Shown: piece by piece, positions 55,452-64,000 of the stretch
Position numbering within the stretch: position 1 is the stretch's first letter
Layout: each line of letters begins with the position of its first letter
Source: Botryllus schlosseri
Taxonomy: Eukaryota
Reading direction: 5' to 3'
Length of the DNA stretch: 64,000 nt
Assembly (NCBI GenBank): GCA_051294905.1
Contig: CM119371.1
Span: 37,326,001 to 37,390,000 of the forward strand
The notes under the pieces: model-generated
The model's database searches: none
What the model was told of the DNA's origin: nothing
Seen by the model: only the letters and a program-made list of their open reading frames with translations
Position numbers and translations under genes: made by a program

Positions 55452-56374
55452 CAGTGGTTCTCAACCTTTTTGTCCTCGTGGACCCCTTTTTGACCGTCAC
55501 TGACCGCCGCGGACCCCCTCAAGTTTTCGTTCAAAATTAGCTCAATTATCGTGCAACCGTCCTCTGTCTTGCGCATATAATAACTGCAGTCTAGTGATAA
55601 ACAGCTACGAAAAAACCTTTCCTGAAAATTACAGCACACTATGTGCAGAAATTGAGTGAACTTTTATCATTTCGAGGGAAAATTTCCAGCTGTATTCATC
55701 GTCTTGAAAATCCGCGTGTTCAATTTGATTTGAACGAGGGCCGAAAATCCATTTCCACAAAGATATATTGGTGGCTAATGTAATGTTAGCGCGCAACGCT
55801 TCCGACGACAGCTTTTGGTGTGAATTTTCAATGAACATATCACGTCCAGCCTAGTCATTTCTATCTATGATCTCATATTGAAGTTATTTAGTGGTTATAT
55901 CACAGAAGAAAATGGATTTCGTGGCGAGGTTTAAATTCCTTCATTGGGACAGAACAGGAAAAATTAGGGAATTTCTATTTCAAACGACTGTATACTAATC
56001 TGCTGACACTTACAACTCCAAATCCAAAATGTTTTGCAAGCGTTTCGAAGTCACGCTGTTTGATTTTGCTATCTCCAACATTTCATTTTCCACAAACTCT
56101 AACAAAACATCTCTAAACAGCAATATGCTTGCACCAGCCGGCTATTGGCAATTTATCATTAAAATTTGTTTGCACAGTCGGATGATTCATCTCAGACTAC
56201 TGAGTCCTAAAGTTTTAGCATTTACGAAGCGAAACTGGCTCATGCTTTTCCTAATTAAAAAAATAAATAAAAATTCGGTTGACAATCATTTTACAAATTT
56301 AGAGGCTTCGCGGACCCCCTGAAAATGATTCAGGGACCTCCGGGGGTCCGCGGACCTCCGGTTGAGAACCACTG
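55452..56374. mobile_element. Non-autonomous hAT element ending ~235 bp upstream of the gene 2 ATG
   Basis: Perfect 15-bp TIRs CAGTGGTTCTCAACC; TSD TAATAGAA/CAATAGAA. Confidence 0.88.
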
Positions 56375-56609
56375 CAATAGAAGGTACTAGACACCAAAAC
56401 CGCTAATATATCCAGCTCGTAATTTTTGTTCTCTGTTTAATTCGAAGTTGATATCAAAGCAGTCTTTGAGCAGTCATAGTATACCGCACGCCATCAAACT
56501 GTGTGCTGGCATTGCATCCTTCCGGTTGCTCTTTCAAATATTCCATCACATGACGATAAGGGGGACGCGACATTCTTTACGGGGGCGTGTACCAGTGCGT
56601 TCAACCGAG

Positions 56610-56661
56610 ATGCAATTCATCGCAAGTTCCATTTTTATTCTGGCGGCGATCTTTGTTGAAG
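56610..56661 (+). CDS. Gene 2 first coding exon: signal peptide MQFIASSIFILAAIFVE
   Basis: ATG at 56610, hydrophobic core, donor G|gtgagt (phase 1), 68-bp intron. Confidence 0.75.
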
Positions 56662-56729
56662 GTGAGTTTGACTTATGAATGCCATCTCGATGACGTCATC
56701 TTTTTAAAATAAAACTTGTTCTGCTGCAG

Positions 56730-56761
56730 TGACCTCAAATCAGCCGGAAGTCAGACATGTG
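56730..56761 (+). CDS. Gene 2 exon 2, 32 bp ((V)TSNQPEVRHV)
   Basis: ttgttctgctgcag|TG ... GTG|gtgagt; phase 1 in, phase 0 out; same length and phases as gene 1 exon 2. Confidence 0.75.
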
Positions 56762-56856
56762 GTGAGTCTCTCTCTTTCTCTCATTCTGTTGGTATGAGTG
56801 CAGACAAGCTAACCTTCAAGTTTGGTTTCTTATGAATCCTTCTCGCTTTATTCCAG

Positions 56857-56974
56857 TACAGGGATGTTCCAAGATACACTCAAGTCTACTATTACGCATA
56901 CATCCCCGTTCGCAGACGCCAGATCGAGATCGAGCGGCTCTTACGAGCGTACCTGTTGGGGCAGTTGCTCAGAG
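56857..56974 (+). CDS. Gene 2 exon 3 (YRDVPRYTQVYYYAYIPVRRRQIEIERLLRAYLLGQLLR); gene presumably continues beyond the window
   Basis: ctcgctttattccag|TAC ... AGA G|gtaagt; 118 bp, phase 0 in and phase 1 out, ending in a Leu-rich helix like the gene 1 exon at 10406-10616. Confidence 0.75.
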
Positions 56975-58611
56975 GTAAGTATCAACTTAGACTTCACGCT
57001 AATGCTCGTACCAAGACAGACGGATCCTGTCATTTACGAAGCAAATGACATTGTCCTTACGTGGTTACGGGTTACAGGCTCGACAGATATGGTCATTTGA
57101 CGTCCAGAATGTCGAAGCAATTGAAGTAAGAATATTCTTCCGGCCGTCTAGGGAACTCCCAAAAGTGTCGAGATGGCTGCAAGCAAACAAACTAAGCTTG
57201 AATGCAGATAAGACCGAGATGCTCCTTTTAAATAATGCCAATCATAGTTTCACTGTGAACATCAATCATAAACAAATCTCCATATGTGACTCAGCAAAAT
57301 ATCTCGGTGTCACTATTGATGCTAAAATGTCTTGGAAGCAGCATATTGAATGCACAATATCAAAACTAGCTCGGTGTGTGGGAATAATGACCCGTCTGCA
57401 ATCTTTGGTTTCCAGATCAATACTACGAACCATATATTTTTCTCTTTTCCACTCTCTCCTGCAATATGGAATCGTAGTATGGGGAAGTGCATGCAAAACA
57501 TTTCTGTGCAGAATTCGAACCCTGCAAGACCGTGCGATACGGCTGATCTCATCTGCACCTTTACGTACCAATTTATCGCCTTACTACCGTAAGCATCGAA
57601 TTTTGCGATTTGATGAGCTATATCGCTTCGAAGTATCAAAAGTTGTTCACAAATATTTTTCCAATAGCATGCCTCCTGTGTTTGATGCCTTTTTCATACC
57701 TGCTAAAAATGTCCATTCCCATTACACGAGATCCTCGTCAAAGGGAAATATCTACTTACCCCCACCCAATAGCAACCTAACTAAGAGATCTATCGACTAC
57801 TCGGGACCTATCATTTGGAATGCATTACCACCACATATCCGTGAATTGCCTTATGATAGATTCAAAAAAACCCTACTTCAGTGCTTTTCAACCTTTTTGA
57901 GCTCCATTCGCACATTTTGTTTTGAAAAATAATTTCATTCGCACCAGTCAGCCGAAATTTAGTACACGAAAATAAAATGAAGAAACTTATCACTTTTGTA
58001 TTCGAAGAGCTCCTTGGAGGTACAAAGTTTCATTATTTTGCATTCAGCGAATCGTATTATTGACTAATCAAGCACTAAAATCACAGCAGTAGAAAAATCA
58101 CAGATATTGCACTCTCGTTGTTCTGCAGAAGCTCGTTGCATTTTCCGGGGGTATCGTGCAGTGATTTCCTTGGAAGCTTAGAGGGCGAACCCAAGAACAA
58201 TATTCACTCGCAACAATATCACTTTGCCATTAAATCCACATGTTACGTCATCGCGATGTGAATGTGTTTGCATTTAGAACGCACAAAATAGTGAAACTGC
58301 ACTTGAATCGTAGCATCAATGTTGCGACTAGCACCTTTGGTATATTTTTCTGACAACATTCGAAAAGATGCTTCGCGTACTAAGGTATGTGAGATACGGC
58401 TACCATCCGTCATCCTTTAGGAGGATTCGTCCTCCTTTTTCAGGTTTTTGAAAATGTTCTCCGAGGACGCATAAATGTCCTTCTTTTCGAGATTTTGTCC
58501 TCTTTTTTAGGAATTTTGGTCAAATTTATAGCCAAATTTGACCGAGATGCCGTAATTCAGCCCCGAAGTGACGCTCCGGCGGGTATTTCGGGAGCTGAGC
58601 ATAAGTTGACC

Positions 58612-58637
58612 CAGGGCCTACTATATAGTAGGCCCTG
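58612..58637. other. 26-bp perfect palindrome with 7-bp flanking direct repeats (putative transposon footprint)
   Basis: GTTGACC-CAGGGCCTACTATATAGTAGGCCCTG-GTTGACC. Confidence 0.75.
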
Positions 58638-59703
58638 GTTGACCTTTTTCTTATTTTAGTCAACCGACTACGAAGTGGTAAAAATTTACGACTTTTTCAG
58701 TATTTTACCCCGGTATTCTGTGTTTGAAAATTTTGAAATAGTGTCCTCCTTTCCCGATTCCAAAATATCGTAACCCTAACAGACATGGGGTAATCGCGAT
58801 TAGTAATCGTAATCGATTACGACGATTACAGCATTTTCAAGTAATCGTAATCGCAATCGATTACATTCGAAAAAAATCCAAAGTAATCGTAATCGTAATC
58901 GACTACTTCGCATATCTAATCGATTGTTTTGTGAAAGAACGATTACTTTTTATTTGTACAATGAATATGACATATCCGAACATTCGAGAACAAGGAAGAG
59001 ATATTATACTAGGTTATTGATAGCGCAAGCGGTTGATTTTCGAACGCCACTGCTCATTATTACGTCAGAAGTATTAGCTTTGCTCGTCCTTGCGAAAGAA
59101 GTATCCACACGTAGTAAATATATATTCTATGTACATTGTTGTGTGATTGTTAGAACAGTGTAAGCCATGCTGTATATCAGGTTATCAATACACTCCAGAC
59201 GCCACTACCTCGCAGCAAGATAATAATCACCACTCTGCCTAGTTTCAAATAGTAACTCATGTATTGATGTTTGGTTATGCTTATAGTTAAACGCATTTTG
59301 ACCGTTGCTGCTTGGCGAGCAGTAGGCCTATCTATGTAGTGTACGTATGTATTGTACGTACACCGGACAAAGATTTGAAGTTTTGTACTCGTCAAATAAA
59401 ACATTACGCTGCGTTTATATATCATAACCGAGCCGTTCTTTGCCGTTTCTTTTAACGGCATAACCGGCAGCTTGCAGTATCTGTATTAAGTGGAAGGTAG
59501 AATTTTAAGTTCACTTTATCTTATCCTCATATGACTACTTCAAACGGGCGCAATCGTTATTTCACAATTCTTCACTCGACATTTATACCTGCCGCCATAG
59601 CCCCTCGCCTATGCACCATGTAAGCGTGGGTTGTAGGTACAATCAGAACCAAAACAGCAATTCGTCCCCCACTCCAAACGTTGATATTGGTAAGGTTGTA
59701 ACC

Positions 59704-60811
59704 TAGGGTTACCATATTTTTGTGAAGCAAATTCCGGACACTCTTTAGCGCCCACTAGCGGATTTAAAAATGAGGTATTACACATTGAGTGTCAATATGA
59801 CGTCACACGAGCAGAAGCATTGCCAAACGACTGTATACAGGAATGGAGTTGGGCCCTCTGAAATGTGAGCTCCGGTGATTGCTACTTGCTATGGTGTGCA
59901 ATAGATTTCTCCACTGGCCGGATGAAATCGTCTGGCGGGCCGTGTTTGGCCCGTCTGGATTGTGTTTGACAGCCCTGCTATCTACTGTTAGGTCGGTGCG
60001 GCTATCTGATTGTGTGTTTTTATTTTAATCAGGTCCGAAACAACATTTTTTCCGCCCCCTTCCGCCCAAAAAAAGAGCATTGATCTCTAACCCAGCATAG
60101 GGTAATCGATGTAACTTTTTGGACAATTACTATATGCATTTGACTGTGAAATTTTATGAATGAATTCTTCAATAATATTGATTCTCCCATTAGGCTACCA
60201 TAAAATGCACCAGCAGGTTGCACATCCGGTGATTTCCAACCTTTAATAGTCGCGACCTCATTTCAAACTTTAAAATGTTCCGTGTCCCAGCTAAAAACTT
60301 GATAATCTGATTGCTAAAAAATTTTAACTTGCCCAAACTTACTCCCGGCCTAGGACGGTGATTACGTCCAACATCATCGCGATCCCCAGATAAAGGTAAA
60401 CGACCCCAAGATTTGGAACCACTATCTGTGACTAAAGCATCTAATCGGCGTCGACCAACTCTAGTACTATACCGTTTGCTTATAATTGCGATTACCATTG
60501 GACTTATTTCAGTAAATGATGGTAATTTATATTTATTTTGATTGCATTTTTTGGCGAAAGTGGTGCCTGGTGCCCACACTAATATCAATATACGTGTCAT
60601 TACCTCGCGCGCAGCGCGAAGAAGAATTTTGAATATCATAAATCTGCTTGAAAAAAATATTGTTTATGTTGATTTACGAAAAACTTTTCAGCCTACTTCA
60701 ACCCTTCAAAATTCCGGACATTTAGGCATATTTTAGAAATTCCTCCCGGACGCAGATTTTTCAGCGAAATTCCGGACATGTCCGGGAAATTCCGGAAGTA
60801 TGGCAACCCTA
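59704..60811. mobile_element. TAGGGTT-ended hAT element with AAATTCCGGA repeats
   Basis: TIRs TAGGGTTACCATA / TATGGCAACCCTA; perfect TSD TTGTAACC. Confidence 0.9.
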
Positions 60812-60859
60812 TTGTAACCAAGTTACAATGTTCTAGTCGCAAAACAATCTCACTTTTAT

Positions 60860-61328
60860 AGTTATGACTCGAGTCAAGTCTATTCATTTTCAATTCCCCC
60901 CCGAGTCAAGTGCGAGTCCAAGTCAGCTAGTATAGGGTCGAGTCTGAGTCATATTTTTTAACTCGAGTACGAGTCCAAGTCGATATGTTCACAGATCAGT
61001 TTTCTGATCAATCCGATTCAACCCACTTTTTTCAACTCTGCTCGAGGGATATAGAATGGCTCGCGTTCATAATATCGTATTTTTCATCTAGTTTCACAGT
61101 TTACGGCCCATTTCCAAGTATCAGGACTGATAGACGAAATACAAATAATGTGGTAACGTTACTATTCTTCAAAGTTACATGGAATGTCTGTATTGGCCGT
61201 TCTAGTCTCGAGTCATGCAAAATGACTCGAGTACAAGTCGAGGTAATACAAAAAATAACTCGAGTCAAGTGTAGTCACCAAAAAATCGCGACTCGAGTCG
61301 AGTCATGACTCGAGTCATTACAACCCTG
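60860..61328. mobile_element. MITE with ACTCGAGT subterminal repeats; related end at 32702-32790
   Basis: Right end TGACTCGAGTCATTACAACCCTG is the reverse complement of 32702 onward; left end degenerate. Confidence 0.65.
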
Positions 61329-64000
61329 GGTATTGGGGCCCCATAGGGTGGTCAGTTTTCAAGTTGATGAGTGAATTTCGTCAATAATATTGGTAATTGC
61401 ATTATCTTGCTATTCATTCAGATTTACCGGTAGAGCTGGGGGCAAGTAATTCATAATTATAGCATCTGGTATGTTGTTTTAATTTCATTATTGTATGTTG
61501 TTAATTCGTGACCTCCCGTCTTTTATATAATCAAAAGATACTGTAGTCGCCCAAACGTAGCAGACTAAAAGAAAAACTTTCGTGAGACGCACACACAAAT
61601 TGCCATGTCTTCATTCCTCTGTGAGTGCCTCGGGTGGCATTTGCATTGTTGGGGCTCTGATTGGAAGGACCGGACTATTCGTCACGCCCACAGAGCGCGG
61701 CTACTTACAATGGACACATACCCAACGTTTTGGCCAAGGTCATTCTTTGGTAGCACACTTTGTGGAGTTGCATGTTGGCCGAAATTGCTTACGTCTTTTG
61801 GTGTGTCGTGGCGGGGTAATGACCGCCACTGAAATGCCTATTCCTATAAATTTGCATGCTTTTTTTCTTGAGGGGGAGAGGTATGCATTTCAAAATCAAG
61901 CTATTTAGAGACATTAAATCCCGAAGCTGAAGAAAATTTTCAAGTTAATTAACTCTCTTGAAAATATGTTGATTTACAAAATACTTTTGAGTCCCCTTAG
62001 AGCTCGCTTCCGGTCCTATTGGGGAGTTTGGGGTGTGGCAGTTACGGACCAGGCAAGAATGCAAATCGTTGGGTGCAACGGATAGTCCTGCATAGAGGTG
62101 GGCGATGGGTGCATTATGACGTAACAGGCAAATGACGTATGATTTATAAAGAAAGTTGTTATCTCATTAGACCTTTTCATCGCAAGCCTTATTTATATTG
62201 TCTTCCAATATCTCTTCTGAAATTAGTTCTAAGAAGTAAAACGAATGTAATCGGGGGTAATCGTGATTACTTTTGAAAAGTAATCGTAATCGTAATCGAC
62301 TACTTCCTGATTTGGCCGTAATCGTAATCGTAATCGTAATCGCGGGATTCACAAGTAATCGTAATCGCAATCGATTACATTCGTCAAGTAATCACCCCAT
62401 GTCTGAACCCTAATGTCAGACGATTGGATGGTACGGTTGGCGTTAAAATCAGGAATGCATTGCTATACAAACCCACACAATCCGAGTAATTGATGATTGT
62501 TGTTTATGGATAAGCTTAGGCTTCATTCACTTCTTATCTATGCAGTACACAAATCACCATATCTTTCAATAACCACGTTTGGCATCCTTGTATGTCCAAG
62601 TAAACACTTTCACCTTCTTGAATAATTATTACTCACATAAGATTCATGATTAACACACAGTTATATCGGGCCGGGTAGGTCAATCGAACAATATTGGAAA
62701 ACTGACTGAAATAATGCCAAATTATCTTTACTATCACACATATCCTTATACATAAAGAGTAATAAGGTTCAATTAAGCTTAAATTAGGCTGCATAAGGAA
62801 TATGGTAATACATACGGCTTGGTGGATTTGATTTTGCTCTGCAGAGGGTGCTTACACCTCATCTGCTCAAGCTAAACCGTAGGAGTTCGGAGTATTACAA
62901 AGTTTGTAGTACAAAGGCGTTACGAACACGAACTAGGCACACTTTTCCTATGGATCAGCAAGCTTAGTGGAATCACCAATATGTCATACATAGGCCTATG
63001 CCTTTACGATCCAGACTTGGCCTGAGATCATCAGTCGAAGAACAGGAAAGCGTGTCTAAGCCTGAATTGTGAAGTTCACATTACAAACAGGCCATTGCAC
63101 TGGTCAGTACATAAACTGCCCAGTGATTTGATAATCCGATGTGATGCAAGATAAATTTCTATTGGACGTAAGACGCTAATGTGGTTACACTAATTTTATT
63201 TATAACAGCCTCTAAGTAAACAAAACTTGTTATAGATCTAATGTGCTAATTTGTTATAGCCGAAGAAACGCTAAATTCTCCTGTTAGCCAACATGAATGT
63301 GTGCCAATATTCCAATATTTTGCGTTCAAATATGCCAAATGTCAACACTGGCATCAGCTACTATTACCTACATTCCTACAAGGTCCGTATACAATATCCA
63401 TACACGGTGTATGTTTCCGAGCAAGTGAGCAACTAATATACCCATTCAACTCCTTCTTTTTTAATGCAGTGACGTAATCCTATCGCGCGGAAATATTATC
63501 TCAAACTTTGCAGTATACACGCATCGAGAGCGTTTCTCACTTGTGAACTAGAAAAGCCTAGCTACCAACAAGTTTTTAGAATTGCTTCCAAACGACAAAA
63601 GTTACGGGCTTACTGTACTTAATATCGTGTTTATTTAAATTATTCCACGTTGGAAAAAGTGAAAAACTCGGACAATTTTCATTCGCACTCATCGGGATTT
63701 TTCATTCGCACCATTCGCACCACGCTTGCCGTTCGCACTCATCCGGATTTTTCATTCGCACCATTCGCACCACGCTCGTCATTCGCACCGAAATTTTTTT
63801 CATTCGCACTATTGCGAACCGTCACACAGGTTGAAAAGCACTGCCCTACTTGATCACCTCTTATCGTTACACTAACACTGTTGCCCTACCTCGCCCAGAC
63901 ATTGCTTCATTGATCATTTGCTACCATCGTTTGATTTTTCTTCTATTTTATTTTTTTAACTACTGTAACTTTTTTTACAGCCAGACTGTTTAGAGTCAAG

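Larger units (their letters stand above)
58780..62405. mobile_element. hAT element with GTAATC subterminal repeats, 3626 bp including nested inserts
   Basis: Ends CAGACATGGGGT / ACCCCATGTCTG; perfect TSD AACCCTAA (58772-58779, 62406-62413). Confidence 0.9.
57879..63843. mobile_element. hAT element with ATTCGCAC subterminal repeats, expanded to 5965 bp by nested insertions; related end at ~42267-42420
   Basis: Perfect TIRs CAGTGCTTTTCAACC / GGTTGAAAAGCACTG; perfect TSD CCCTACTT (57871-57878, 63844-63851). Confidence 0.92.
57150..64000 (+). mobile_element. 5'-truncated CR1/L2-group LINE, split by a 6-kb insertion (pieces ~57150-57878 and 63844-64000)
   Basis: WLQANKLSLNADKT..KYLGVTID..W..H motifs. 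The frame ..FKKTLL resumes as DHLLSLH* after 63851, followed by a 3' UTR matching the 53.4-53.7 kb copy. Confidence 0.88.

Noticed and set aside
57045..57932. 295-aa ORF as a host gene
   Set aside because: It is a truncated LINE ORF2 C-terminus with chance-open flanks; its last residues read into a hAT TIR.
58790..58925. Regular short repeats (GTAATC, ACTCGAGT, ATCCGG, AAGTAG, ATTCGCAC arrays) as CRISPR-like or telomeric arrays
   Set aside because: No constant-length unique spacers and no cas genes; they sit just inside TSD-bounded TIRs, as expected for hAT subterminal binding sites.

Overview
AT-rich, intron-containing metazoan DNA, not prokaryotic. An ascidian or other marine invertebrate is plausible from the lectin style and repeat families, but that is inference. 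The ORF track is mostly noise; the real genes are short spliced exons. (1) A minus-strand gene (11866 to 893, continuing off the left edge) encodes a secreted protein: signal peptide, Pro/Gln/Tyr-rich segment ending in a Leu-rich helix, Thr/Ala stalk, and the start of a C-type lectin domain. (2) A plus-strand gene starting at 56610 has the same exon phases and an identical 32-bp second exon, with a Tyr-rich segment and Leu-rich helix; it is probably a divergently transcribed paralog continuing off the right edge. Between and inside these genes is a dense transposon graveyard: a full-length hATm-type element (38045-41485; 141-bp TIRs, perfect 8-bp TSD, transposase broken by one stop and two frameshifts), many non-autonomous hAT elements with 8-bp TSDs nested up to five deep, CR1/L2-group LINE 3' fragments, tRNA-derived SINEs, a decayed tandemly duplicated multi-exon segment (16.1-19.2 kb), and small excision-footprint-like insertions. 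No rRNA, intact tRNA or CRISPR array was seen. All alignments were done by eye; no database searches were run.
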